64,000 nucleotides of DNA from Eledone cirrhosa (Eukaryota). The first letter of the stretch is position 1; each line of letters begins with the position of its first letter. Positions 31,708-45,365 of the stretch are shown piece by piece. Below the pieces are notes generated by a model, which worked only from the letters and a program-made list of their open reading frames with translations, was not told the DNA's origin and did not search any database. The position numbers were made by a program, and so were the translations under genes. The stretch lies in the NCBI GenBank assembly GCA_964016885.1, contig OZ024740.1, positions 329,840,001-329,904,000 of the forward strand, in the 5' to 3' direction.

Positions 31708-33686
31708 CTAGAATTCTGCGACGCCAATGTCATGTCGATATGTAACATAAACTCCCCAAAACCCGACAACCACCTGATCACCTATAGATCAGGGGGGCAT
31801 TCTAGTCAGATAGATTTTATCCTCATCAGAAGACGTAACAGATGGACGGTTTTAAACACAAAAGCCTTCCCTAGTGAGGAATGTAGCTCCCAACATAGCT
31901 TAGTTGTCAGTGACCTCACGGTCAGAACTGGACGAACCTGATAACTGAAGCCAGCCTGGAGGAGAAAGATCTGGAAGCTGAAATACCCCTCAGCCAGTAA
32001 CATAATTAAATATATTTTACTCAACTCCTATGACAGTAAAGAAGAAGAGATACAGACATTTAATATAGAAGAGCACTGGGAATTCCTAAAAAATCACTTA
32101 CTAAAGGCGACGGATGAGATCTGTGGCTGGAGTAAGACCACAGGCAGGAAGAGAGTGACTTGGTGGTGGAACAATAAAAAAGAGGAGGCAGTTAAGGCCA
32201 AGAGACAGGCATGGAAAGAATGGAGGAACGGGGGAATCAGGGTACATTACATAGAGACCAGGATGGAAGCTAAGCGACAAGTATACTTAGCTAGGCGGGA
32301 AGCAGAGGATAGAAAATTCATGCATGTTTTTCAACGTGAGTACCAGAAACAGCAGGTGTTCAAGATTGCGAGGCAGTGTGTCAGAGAAAATTGTGATGTA
32401 ATTGGAGAAAAGTGTATCCGGAATGATAAAGGTGAGCTTGCCCTCAGAAGTGCTGAGAAGAAAGATGCGTGGAAGAGCTCTTATGATAGATTACAAAATG
32501 AGGAGAATGCATGGGAAGAAGAGACCCTACCCCAAGTAGACCCTATTGAGTGGTCAGCAGTACAAGTCAGCAGGGAACTGGCCTTGCTCATTATGTAGGA
32601 AAGGTGTAGGTAGGAACTCCATTATCTGCTCCAAATGCAAACAATGGGTACGCAAGAGGTGTAGCGGGATCTCAGGAAGCTTAACTTAGAATGTAGGCTT
32701 CACATGTAGCAGCTGTGCTTGGACAGCAAGCAGCAAACAACAACGGGAAACAAGTACCACCAAACTATGGGAGGCCTCTGTAGAAACAGTAGACAGCTTC
32801 TGCTACCTAGGTGACCGAATTAGCAGGGGAGGTGGGTGTTCGGAAAGTACAATAACTAGGGTAAGAACGAGATGGAAGGAGTTCAGGGAGATATTGCCAC
32901 TGCTAGCTGCAAAAGTATTTTCCCTCAAAATGAAAGGCAGACTGTATGATGCGTGTATACGAACAGCAATGTTACATGGTAGCGAGACCTGGGCGCTGTC
33001 TGTGGAAGACTTGCGTAGATTAGAAAGAAAGGAAGAATGCATGCTCCGATCGATGTGTAATAGTAATATACGTGAACGGCAAAGCATAAATGAATTAAGA
33101 GAGAGACTGAGCATAAGAGGAATCAAATGCTGTGTGCAGGTGAGGCGGTTGCGTTCGTATGGACACGTGATGCGTATGAAGGATGCCAGCTGCAAAAAAA
33201 AGTGCAAAGCACTAGAAGTCGATGGAAACCGCGGAGTGGAGATACTCAAGAAGACCTGGGATGAGGTGATAAAAGCCGACCTTACCCAATGACACCTCTC
33301 AAAGGCGATGACACACGGCCATGTCCTCTGGCGTTACGCAGTAATACAGAAGACCTGACCCAGACGGTACAAGTCGAAGCTGAAGCATATAGACAATATA
33401 CCCCACACCCTCCCACTGCAAAGTTGTCGTGGTGTTGCCACGGCAAAAAAGCACCCAGCCCACACTGTAAAATGGCGTGTAGGCTCCACGAAAAAAAAGC
33501 ACCCAGCACTCACTGTAAATGAGGTTGGTGTTAGGAAAGGCATCCAGCTGTAGAAATCAAGCCAGAATCAGTTTCCGTATGAGCAAGACAAGGTCAGCCG
33601 ATCGGAAACTGCCCACAACAGGACAACAGTCTAACCCATGCTAGCGTGGAAGAACGGACGTAAAACGGTGATGATGATGATGACGA
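31706..33686 (+). mobile_element. RTE-clade LINE, 5'-truncated with RT core deleted, octopus-type 3' tail
   Basis: SQIDFIL..SQHSLVV (APE end), TWWWN, FCYLGD, KGRLYDACIRTAMLHGSETW; tail aacccatgctagcgtggaagaacggacgtaaaac(gat)n. Confidence 0.9.
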
Positions 33687-33734
33687 TATATATATATATT
33701 GTATATATATATATATATTTGTGTATATATATAT

Positions 33735-34925
33735 ATACGCAGCAGTCAATGGTACATAGTGTTATTAGCTTCACGCTTGGTAAGCGTATCAGACATAAGA
33801 CCTTCATCAGGAAAGTAGGGAGGATCTGTGAGAGGGAATGAGGAGGAAAGTTGATAGGAAAAGCATGAAAGGGTGGGGAAAAAGAAATAAAACATGAAAA
33901 TCAAAATGAATAGAAACAGTATTAAAGGAATAAGTAAAAGAACAGAATTTAAATAACGATGAATGATAGGGCGCTAGGAGGGGTGAACGAGTCCGGGATA
34001 GCATAGGTGTGGTAGTGCGTAAAGGGTGGCTGGATGTTTTGAGAGGGGCGAGGGAAAGCAGAAAATAAGAGTCCGAGCGGGGATGGCAGAAGGTAAGGTG
34101 TATGTGTATGCGGGGATGTAAATGTGTGTGTGTGTGTGTGTGTGTGTATGGATGTATGTGTGAGAGTCCGGGAAGAAACGAGTGTATGTGAATGTCGGTT
34201 CTGAAAAACCATCATGTATGTGTTGGGGTGGAGTGTATAGTCACTGTATGGGTGTAGGTATGTGTGTTTGTGTGTGGATGGAGTGCTGTACGCGGTGTAG
34301 GGTTTGAGGCGCAGTACTCTACTAAGGGGTGAGCGCTCAGGTTCGGAGAGGGGGAGGTTGGATCGTATGGTGACAACAAGTTGAGGGTGGAGGTGGAGGT
34401 GTTGCGGGAGAGAGGGACGTGGAGCGGAAGGTGTGAAGTTTGGGGGAAGAGTATGGGGGTCGTGTGGTGGTGGAAGGAGGTGGTGGTGAGAGGGCGAGTT
34501 GTGGAAGTGGAGTCGGAATCTGTGGGGGATAAGGTGGAACTGGAGGCAATAGCTGAGGAATTGGATGTGGCTGGAATGCCGGGTCTTAGCAAAGAGGAAG
34601 TAGGAGAGCTGGAGGGCTGGTTGGAGGAAGCATGGCGGGAGAAGAGGGAATAGGAAGTATTTCAGGTGGGTGTGGAGTTGGTGGAGAAAGGATTTCAAGT
34701 TAGGCATGGTGGGGACGGGGCAAACAAGGGAAGGTGGTGGTCAAGAAAAAGATAGGAAACAATAAAAAGGGAGAAAGAAAAAGAAGGAAAACAAGATAAT
34801 GCAGAAAAGATACAATAAAGGGTAAGGAAATCAAAGTAGGGTCGAAGGTAATTAGGGAAAATAAATCGAAGATCGGAAAGAATCCGAAAAATATCGGAAA
34901 AATATATTTTTTAGACGAAAGTCGA
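33735..34925 (-). mobile_element. Internally deleted Neptune-like PLE (ORF N-terminus joined to pLTR)
   Basis: HIQFLSYCLQFHLIPHRFRL and LVVTIRSNLPLSEPERSPLS resemble PLE N-termini; degenerate HHR CTGATGA..GATA-CGCTT acc AAGCG at ~33770-33812. Confidence 0.6.
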
Positions 34926-35025
34926 GAGCTGAATCCCTGTAAATTGTAACGGTGTTGAGCCAGAGATGAAGCTCCTACAGGAGAAGACTGATGGACCTGT
35001 GATCTGTTGTAATATAATCGTAGGT

Positions 35026-35070
<45 letters not shown>

Positions 35071-35073
<3 letters not shown>

Positions 35074-35192
35074 TTATCCCGGGTTGAATCGGAGGTAACC
35101 ACAGTAAGTAAGGTATTCAATACATAGCAGAGTATACATGTTTTAATATAGAAGAGTTTCTACAGGACTAGAACTGTTTCATTCGTTAGAAT
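35071..35192 (-). mobile_element. Family E pLTR 3' end between TA tracts
   Basis: Matches 59861-59982 and, inverted, 38730-38790. Confidence 0.75.
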
Positions 35193-35479
35193 ATATATAT
35201 ATATATTATCGTGCAAAACCACCACACTTGCGAAAAGGACACGTACTCCTGGGCATGCGAATAAACCCAGTAGGCGAGGCGGATATAGCGGTGATACTAA
35301 CCACCTCGGACCCAGCGTCTCCAACCACATAACAGAGTCCGGGATGGACGAAATAACATCCCAATGTGGAACTCCCGCTGTTGGCAGGTATTACCCCAAC
35401 GGTACGGGCAGAATAGTTAGCAAATTCCATAACAGCAATAGTGCGGGAAGCCGGAATACCCCAGCAACTCCCCAATAGC

Positions 35480-36323
35480 CTGTACTCCACCTGCTTGCTG
35501 AAAATCATGAATGTTTGATGCTTATAGAATTTCTAGTAATAATCAGGAACTGGTTATACAGAGCGGTTGCCGGTCAAGCAGAAATTGAAAATTTAAAGTA
35601 AGTGAGACTGTTACTACTCTAAAACAATAGCATAAGGTCTTCGAAATGCTTTTAATTAAGCATACAGTGTATTGCAAAATACACTATATAAACATTCATA
35701 TATATATAGCTATTTCAGAGCGCCAATTCTAATTTTCAATTTCTGCTTGACTGGCAACCGTTCTGTATAATCAGTTCCTGATTATTACTAGAAATTCTAT
35801 AAGAATCAAACATTCATGATTTTCAGCAAGCTGGTGGATTACTTGGCTTTGATATGTACCAATCAGTACGAAACATAGCTCTGTCGAGCTTTATCTCCCT
35901 GTTTGCTGAAAATGTAAAGTAAGTAAGACTGTCACTACTCTAAAGCAATAGCATAAGGTCTTCGAAATGCTTTTAATTAAGCATACAGTGTATTGTAAAA
36001 TACACTATATATACATTCATATATATATAGCTATTTCAGAGCACCAATTCTAATTTTCAATTTCTGCTTGACCGGCAACCGTTCTGTATAATCAGTTCCT
36101 GATTATTACTAGAAATTCTCTAAGAATCAAACATTCATGATTTTCAGCAATCAGGTGGAGTACTTGGCTTTGATAAGTACCAATCAGTACGAAACATAGC
36201 TCTGTCAACTTTATCTCCCATGTTTGCTGAAAATTTAAAGTCAGTGAGACTGTCACTACTCTAAAACCATAGCATAAGGTCTTCGAAATGCTTTTAATTA
36301 AGCATACAATATATTGCAAAATA

Positions 36324-36328
<5 letters not shown>
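35480..36328 (+). repeat. ~321-bp tandem repeat (2.3 units plus an inverted 5' piece), one hammerhead per unit; retrozyme-like
   Basis: Units start at ~35596, 35916 and 36237; HHRs at 35845-35890 and 36166-36210: ggct-TTGATAA-GTAC caatca GTAC-GAAA-CA tagctc TG-TC; 35482-35595 is an inverted unit fragment. Confidence 0.8.
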
Positions 36329-36409
<81 letters not shown>

Positions 36410-37582
36410 CCCTACGCATGTTTTATTTGTTTACGCCATATGTTTCTATTGAAATTATTAATTAATTAGAGATCCTTTTAGATAATCACTAATTAATTGT
36501 TGTACGAAAGATATTATTGCATTGAAATAACATGAAACCGGTAATTGGATGTGCGTAAAAGGACAGGCTTGACTTTAACATATGCATTATTAGCTCTTTG
36601 CATGAGATAATTCCAGATGAATGAATATTAAAATAACATTATTGGAACGGAGTTCTGTATCAACAACTTATGTTATATTTTGCAATATACTCGGGGAATG
36701 GAGCTCATTTTCAATTGCACGTTGGTACGTATTTGGTAGAGTACGAACCATCATACTGCCTGTGCATAACAGGAAAATACTTTATCAGTCACCATAACTC
36801 AGAAGCAAAGACAATGACGTTTTGGAAAGTGAGAAAATTGCACCCAGTTATTTATCAATTTTCTCTTTTTACAAACTTTAAGATAAAAAAAGGTTAATCG
36901 AGAAAGGTTAAATTTAAATAAAACTTGGAGCAATTTTATGTTTCTAAAACGATGCAATGTGGACCACAAATTTACGCTTCTGTAATATCAAGTATTAGAA
37001 CTGTAGAATTTTATATTTCATACATTGAAGTTAGAAAATCAAAAAGTGATGATGTATTGGTTACTTTTGGGAATTTACAAGCAGCCACTCTGACTCTTTC
37101 AATTTAACATAGAAATCTAATAAACATGAATTGAACACGTATATAAACAAATAAACCCCATGTTATTATGAACAGTATGAAGTTTGTTACATAGAACTCA
37201 TGTTGGTTTCGAATGAATGCATGAGAATAGTTCTTCCTTATAGAGAGATATTATATAAACCACAGTCTCTTAATCGGTCGCAGCATGATGGAATATATAA
37301 TAAAAAATACATTATAAAACAGATCAGTGATGTACATTTTAAGGATAGCATTTGATACCGATATTGTTACAGTTAACATAATTGATATTACTTTAAACTT
37401 GCGTAAACATTAATATACATTCATCTGTTACTGTAAAGCTAATCGTGAATACTTAAAATGAAATGAATTACAATTTACCGCACATTTCTACTATATTTAG
37501 TCTAATATTATTAAACTCATCAGTTCGCAATCTTCGCATAATGAAACATTGGATATTTATATAATTCTTAGCAATTCAGAAA

Positions 37583-37641
37583 CAAGAAGAAGAAGAAGAA
37601 GAAGAAGAAGTAGTAGTAGTAGCAGTAGTAGTAGTAGTAGC

Positions 37642-37693
<52 letters not shown>
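37583..37693. repeat. (AGA)n-(AGT)n trinucleotide microsatellite
   Basis: Direct reading of the sequence. Confidence 0.97.
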
Positions 37694-38289
37694 TAACGGT
37701 GTTATACTACTATAACGAGTATAACGAGTCAAGACAGATTTTAATAAAGCATGGGAGAACCTGTTGATATTGAGTTTCTTAAAGAAAGATATAAAATACA
37801 ACCATCCAAACATTGTCGCTGTATATATAAAACACTTGCACATCGGACAACATAAATAAGCCTCACACACATACACAAAAATTATAAACGCACACTAATA
37901 TACACAAACACAAAAAATATAAAAGCACACTAATATACACACACACGTATCAGTGTGCACACAAGACACGGATACGCCCACGCAATTTCTTCCCTTCAGC
38001 ACACACACACACAGAACCACACACATGACACCCCCGTGTCTCCCGCTTTCACCTACCAGGTCTAACCTTTCACCAAACCCCTACCTATGTGTCTCCTCCC
38101 ACACCCCTTTTACTAACTTCCTTTCATTACCTTAACACCCTACACAGGGATGTACCTGTTCTTTCCCAAAGGAGGATTCTGTCCGAACCGGTGAACCCTC
38201 GTACAATTCGTAGAAGTGTGAACCCAATATAACTGCGTATTTTATCATTCTTGTATTTGTTTTCTATTGTTTCATTTATTAACTATATA

Positions 38290-38342
<53 letters not shown>

Positions 38343-38355
38343 ATAAAATATATAT

Positions 38356-38704
38356 AATATATGTAGAAATAAACAGTAAATTGTGTGTTTAAAATTACAA
38401 GGGTTGAAAGACTACGTTGCTTTGACAGATTTAGACTATGAAACAAACGGAAGATATGAGATGAAAAGTACTAACCGGAAAATTAATAGTTATTGAAACG
38501 GTTAGTACTTTTTATCTTCTATTTTTCGTTTGTTTCATAGTTTAAATCTGTCAAACCAACGTGGTCTTTCAACCTTTGTAATTTTGTAATTTTAAACACG
38601 CAACTTACTGTGTTTATTCCTACACATATTATAAAATGCTCAGTATTTGTATTTTGAGCGTGTTAATTACAGGGTATTGATATGAATATCTAACTCTGCC
38701 TTTT
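38356..38704. mobile_element. Palindromic pLTR-like mini-element in (TA)n
   Basis: 38360-38478 is inverted relative to 38499-38630; the right arm extends ~75 nt; GAAA-cggttag-TA remnant at the centre. Confidence 0.75.
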
Positions 38705-38789
38705 ATATATATATATATATAGTTTTAATATAAAACTTTTATACTCTGCTATGAATTGAGTACCTTACTTACTGTGGTTACCGATTCAA

Positions 38790-39793
38790 CCATAACGCAC
38801 CAAAGTACTCAATACTTAGGGTAGTAGAATGGGGAATAGGAACCAGTAAGACCCCGACGGCTGCCCCCTTTTCCGACCGCTCCCACTATTTTCCGTGCCT
38901 TCTATATTTCTTAGTGGCACTTATTCCTTTTTTTCTCGTTTCAGTATTTCTTTCTTCTCTTTTCTTTTGGGCGGGGTGGATTCTGAATTTATTTTTCCGT
39001 ATTCTACCTTTACTTCGTACGAACTTTCATGTAGCTTGTATAAGATCTTTTAGAGTTAGCATTAGTATATATTTGTTTCGGGATTCAGAATTATTATCTC
39101 TTACTAGTTTACTTTGCTGCACTGGGTGGTTGCTGGCATTGTGCCCGGGATAGAAACCTTTATTATTTATTTCGTGGTAGTTTCTTTAGTATTTTGGCCC
39201 CATTTGTTGACCCGTGACCGTATGATTTACGTACTTATACCTCTTAAAAGGGTCCTTGCCTATTCCGTCCCACCTAGTTTATTTACTTATTTCGTTATTT
39301 CTTTATTTCTTTATTTATTTCTTTCTTTCTTTATTTATTTATTTATTCTATCCTAACAATAGCTAGAGACCTAGGTCGTCGAACTTGCTTTTATACTTTT
39401 TTTCTTTACACTTATTCGCTTTTCATCACTCTCAGTATTTTTTCTTTCATATATATATTTTTACCCCTCATTGTTCTACCTACCGTTCCGAATTCCTCCC
39501 CCTCCCCCTCCCCAGTACTTTCTTTGACCTCATGCCCAGCTGTAGCTGGCACTACCAACGCATGATTGGGTCTACTCCACCCCTCCTCTTTTTCTCCTAC
39601 TGGCATGTTTAGCCACCATCTCCCCTACTAATTTGCAATCACAGAATTACTACTGTCTCTTGACAATCACTTTTACCATATATGTAATTACCCCTTGAGA
39701 AGCTCGGCTATTTAAATACCAGGATAAATTTTCATTTAGTCCAGAATTAGCCGTCGAAACGGCTTGAGCTCAGCCGTCGGGGTCTTACTAGTT

Positions 39794-39797
<4 letters not shown>
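38790..39797. mobile_element. Family F pLTR with a short inverted 3' end on the left
   Basis: 38838-38863 is inverted relative to 39771-39797; the left arm continues with sequence seen at 45115-45170. Confidence 0.75.
39690..39783 (+). ncRNA. Hammerhead ribozyme, U3-A8 variant with full stem III
   Basis: acccc-TTGAGAA-g ct CGGCTA..TAGCCG t c-GAAA-CGGCT tgagctc AGCCG-TC-ggggt. Confidence 0.7.
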
Positions 39798-39884
<87 letters not shown>

Positions 39885-41274
39885 TGAGGGAGAGAGCTCC
39901 TCCGGTAAGAGAACCGGTAAGGGTATCAGGAAAACCATGAATCAGAATACTACTCTATGCATGGAGTGAGGTAGAGTGCTTGAAATAATGATTTATAGAT
40001 TGAACGGCGATCTGGAGGAGCTTCAGCTTGCAAGTTTTTCAAGCTTCCTAAATAGTGTAAAAAAATGTATATATGTGTGTTGTGGTTTGTGTGTGTGAGC
40101 TTGTGTGTGTGTGTGTTTTGTGTGAGTCCGAGTGTTTTTTTTTGTGCATGATATTGGTGTGCGTGAGTATTTTTGTATGTGTGTATTCTTAATACGATAT
40201 ATTAAACAAAGCATCTTGTTTCTATTGCACCACTTGTCAGTCTCATCAGACGAATCCAGTTATGATCGTGCATCATATTCTGTAATATTTTATCACATAT
40301 ATATTTCTGTTCCTTACTACAGTAGAAGTTTGATTTGAATTATATTTTTCTCTCTTTTCTTGAAGGTTTAGCGACTATATAGATGCTCTTTACATTGGCC
40401 TTTGAAGTAAATATAATTTGACAGCTGCCATTTCTGGAGAACGTTCTTTAATAATCCTATTTCCACTAGTGCCAGAGCAATATGTGCTTGACTTAAATAT
40501 CTGACATGTTTCAAAAACATACGGTGTGATTATTCATCACCCCATCGCACAAAATATTCTGTCGCTGAAGAGAAAATGTAACGCTTTTAGTAATTTATCC
40601 TACTGCGTATATATTGTGAAATGACATAGATGTTTTAAAATAAAATAATATCAGTTCATTTCATACTTATATGTTATACATTATATATTTGTAGTTTTCT
40701 TTTTCTTAAAAAAATAATCATTTTTTTCGTCATAAGTGCTATATGTGAGAAAAATCTTACCAGAAAACATGATTTTATTTTGATTTGACATGTCCATGTA
40801 GCAACACATGTATTAATGTAAACCCATATTCCCCACGAGTTCTTAAGCTTTTGTGAAAGTAAAAAACAGGAAGGGAAGATATAGTATAAATGGCAATTCA
40901 AAGTACACTAGAGATATGAATTTAATCTATAACGCAATATGACAGGGTATGTTATTGGGTGTCTTATTCTGCAGGTGCATTTTCACCATTCATTTTATAG
41001 ATTAATATGAGATATGTAACATTTTTATACTAATATGAGATTAATTTGTGAGAGAATGTGAAGTGTCTGTACAATTTCATACAAGTGTCTCTTTCTATTA
41101 GTTAATATTTTGCCTTCATATCTCACAGACGTCGAATATATTCTCCATCAAACTCTAGTCGATGAAATATCTACAAAAATTATTTCGATTTAATAGGTTG
41201 TTTACTTCAACATAAATATACAAAATATTGCGTACGAAAAAAGATAATTTCCTTTTGATGAATTTTCATATTTT

Positions 41275-41860
41275 TCCCTATTTATTCTGGATAGGGTCGT
41301 GTGGGCAGAGTCTATAAATATGCATAGCTGTGAGGAGCAAACAGTCTACAATTTATCTGGCTGTATCCCCAAGCATGACCAGCCAGGCTTAGGTACCTTA
41401 TCCAAACAACTTATTCAAACCTCTATAACTACATGCCCATAACATCGGAGTTGTAATCACCCAGTCGGGAGAAGTTGTGGCTCTGCATGGAACGAATCTT
41501 TGATACGAATACTATTGACCACTTATATGTGCGATCGTATTGTGTCACTTATTAGACAAGCTTCATGACCATAGGTAAAGTTTGGCGTGAATACCGAATT
41601 GAAGATAGAGAGTTTGGCTTTTACACATACCTCCCTTTCGATTACCAAATGCTGAAGCTGGCGCATAAGGGCACCAGCTACTTGCACTTAATTCAGCCTC
41701 TTTAACACTAGCTCGAGTTATTTGAACACCTGCTTTTGTAGAATTCCATTCACATGTAGAGTGCACTGCGCAGGATTCCTTCGGAGGACGTGGGCCTCGA
41801 CCAGAATTTTAATTTCTCTTGTGAACACAACCACTCAGCCTCCGAAATATTAATCATCAT
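41275..41860 (-). mobile_element. RTE-group LINE 3' fragment, related to 15100-17345
   Basis: RNPAQCTLHVNG..., KAKLSIFNSVFTPNFTYGHE; aaaagccaaactc shared with 17303. Confidence 0.7.
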
Positions 41861-43419
41861 TTATAGATGCACTTCCTCTACATCTTTTAAAGCTATAAAC
41901 TTATTTTACACAAGTGTTAACAAGTAAAATCAAAAACTGTATATGACGATATCGAAGAAAGAAAGAATGATTCAAATCTGATTTGAAATTATTTTTAAAG
42001 TACTTTCGTTGCTTTAGGAATATGAAATAAATATTAATAATAATAAAAATACGCACTTAATTCCACCGGGACTTCAGAATATTGGAAAGAAAACAACATT
42101 CTATTCATACTTACTTATGTTTTGGAAATAACCGTGTGTATGAGAAAACGTGAGTATGTAGATGTGTAATGGCACGAGGTTTTTTGATGAGTTACGTTTA
42201 AATATGTATGAATTAATCTTATATTTGAAATACACAGGTGGAGCCAAGTTTCTATCTAAAATTGAATATAATTTCCATGCACATATTCAGATAACGATTG
42301 ATATATGTTAGGAATAATGTTCGATTGTAATATGGAGGAAATTAATCATTTTTTTTCTTCGTTACAAAGACGAATTTTGCAATTTCATCGTTTAGATTGT
42401 CAGGATTGACAATTATTCTATAATCAGAAGGTTAATTATCAATTCAGCTGGGAAATATGTATATATTTTTGCGACAGAATACATATTAAAACGAAGTAAC
42501 TTATTTCGTCAAACATATTTCGTTACCAAAAAAAAAAAGAAAAAAAAAGAAAAACGTCGATATGTTAGAATAAAACATTTAGAAAGGTAACCAAGTGCCT
42601 TTGCATATAAAATCACATGACTCAAATTTTCCTCCAATCAACTAGATTGTACTTAATAATGATACGTTTCTATTAGTATTACGTAAATAATGTCAAAAAT
42701 TGCCGCACAAATTATACATTCACACACATCACAGATTTACGCGCGCGCAACACGCCCCCCCCCCCCCCACACACACACGCATATATATATATATACATAT
42801 ACCAGAATGGGTCTTTAAAATAACATGGTCCTTAAACCATTCAAACGTCATATGAATGATGATTCTACACCTGTGAATAGTGTTACATTTCTTAACAGAA
42901 AAATGACACAGACGTCCAAGATTCAAATGTGTTGCTTCATCTGGCTGCGTCATTTACAGGACATGCATGTTTGTGTTTTTTGTTTCTCTTCCGAAATAGG
43001 CTAAATATACACACAAGTGCTTTTCCTGTCAATTATTTTTTCCGTTCCTTACCTTCTCACTCTTTTCTAATTTTTCTATGTTTCTTTTGTCTCTCAGTGT
43101 AGATTCAGATGACAAATTCACAACGTCTCACTTACCATCCTCCTGCAAAAACGCTCCAGCCCAGAGGAACACGCACCGCCATATCTGTGGGGTTCACATT
43201 ACTAGGGTATCGATTTTAGTTGCTCTTCAGAAGCAAACTACATATTATATATTCACTGTTATGTGGAATTCATCATAAATATTCATATGCAATATCATAA
43301 GAGTATCAACAGAGATTTATTAATGCATGTGACGAAGAACCATAGACCCTCCATTCTACCTTTGAAAAGCAGAAGAACTGCGAAACCGGTAAAAGAACCA
43401 AATATATATATATATATAT

Positions 43420-43545
43420 GGAAAGTTATATTTAAATTGTTGGGTTACAACTAGTAAATATTAATAACTGATATAAAAGCACTCGACAAGTATTTGGAGT
43501 ATATTTGCGATATTAAATAAATGGAAACTATATTTATAAAACTTT
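43420..43545 (-). mobile_element. Family G pLTR terminal remnant
   Basis: aagcactcgaca..ggagtata..attaaataaatggaaactatatttataaaac shared with 27121-27255. Confidence 0.65.
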
Positions 43546-43929
43546 TTATTTTTATTTTTATTTAAACATTCTTCATGAAAAATTAAACTACCCTAAAAGT
43601 TGATGCTCCAAATATTTCGAATAAACGTTACACTAGATAAACTTCTATATTAAATATAAGAACACATGTAGACCTAATGGGCATCCTAAACTTTTTGAAA
43701 TGATTTTTGCTAGATGCGATTTGATAAATAATTTTTAGCTTTATCTGTTTTCGACTCTGATGCTTATAATGAACTTGGCAATATATTGTCAATTAATTTT
43801 GAAGGGTTGATCTTTGTGGTTTATTTTTATTATTGTAGTATTTTCTAATATTTTTATTTTTAATATGTAATATTTTTAATATGTAATATTTTTTCGTAAT
43901 ATTTTTTAGTTTTCTATTTTATTATTATT

Positions 43930-43962
<33 letters not shown>

Positions 43963-45020
43963 GTTGTTTTTTGGTTTTTGTTTCTGATATATTTTTTATT
44001 AATATATTGAAATCTGCTCTCTATTTCTGCTTGATAGATAATCTTGTAGAGTAAAGACAAGAATAGTAGTAATATAGACTCTCTCTATATATATATATAT
44101 GTATATATATACACATATGTGTATACTTAAATTTGTATAGCACAATGAGAATGTTTTCGGTGTGAACTTAGGGTTTGCAGAGTTGATCATGTAAATTCAC
44201 ATCGATGTTTGTAGTTATCATATAAACATATGAATTTTTTAAAACTAAACATAAGATCATTACTTTTCACACATTATGGATACGTGTCTCATTCAAGAAT
44301 ACTGATATTTTCAATATAGTGCCTGGTTTTTATACATATTAATACTTCTACATTAAAACATAGAGTTTTTATGCCTCGCCTATGTCTGGTTACTTTTCAT
44401 TTTTCTCTCTATATAACAGCTGGTTTCTCTCCTAACCACATATATCTCCCTTACATTAATACTAGAGCTAAATAAATAAATAAATAAATAAATGTATCAT
44501 TGATACGTTTACTCAACGGATGTCCAACTACATATTTTTATATATATATATCTATCTCTATCTATTTCCTCTCTCTATATATATCTCTCTCTGTTTCTTT
44601 ACATGAAGTTCTTCTCTTTATCTATCTTTCCATCTCTCTATTTTGTTCCATGCATTTCTTCTTTTTCTTCTTTTTCTTCGTTTTCTGTCTTTCTTTCCTA
44701 TTTTTCTCTCTTTCTTTCTCTCTGTTTACAATTTTTTCACTGCCAATTCAACTTTTCAAATACAAGTCGATGTTGTACGGTATGTCAAATCTATTTATCT
44801 ATAAAACTGTTTATATTGTATTTTGTCTGAGGAAGGCATACCATATTGTTAATATGATATCCCTGAAATATATATATATATATATTTTAAAAGACTCTAG
44901 TTGCATTTTCGATTTCATCTTCTTTTCTCATACTTTCACTTGTGTAGGACACCTCGGTTATTATTCATTTTGTAAACAAATCCTCACTTTCTAGTATATA
45001 TATATATGTATATATACACA

Positions 45021-45197
45021 AAAAAGTATGACCCCGACGGCAGAGCTCAGGTCGTTTCGACGTCCAGAAATAGCCGTCGAAACGGCTTGAACTCTGCCGT
45101 CGGGGTCATACCTTTTCCTATTACCCACTCTACTACACTAAGTATTGAGTTCTCTGGTGCGTTATGGTCCATCTGGTTCCTTATCACATTTCCTTCG

Positions 45198-45200
<3 letters not shown>
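45021..45200. mobile_element. Palindromic family F mini-element
   Basis: 45023-45062 is inverted relative to 45075-45115; the right arm extends ~85 nt to (TA)n; junction inside HHR stem II. Confidence 0.8.
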
Positions 45201-45241
<41 letters not shown>

Positions 45242-45254
45242 CTGTGTGTGTGCG

Positions 45255-45300
<46 letters not shown>

Positions 45301-45323
45301 TGTATGTCTGTGTGTCTCAGTGT

Positions 45324-45363
<40 letters not shown>

Positions 45364-45365
<2 letters not shown>

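Noticed and set aside
35596-36328. CRISPR-like array
   Set aside because: Whole 321-bp units repeat with no unique spacers, and the context is eukaryotic
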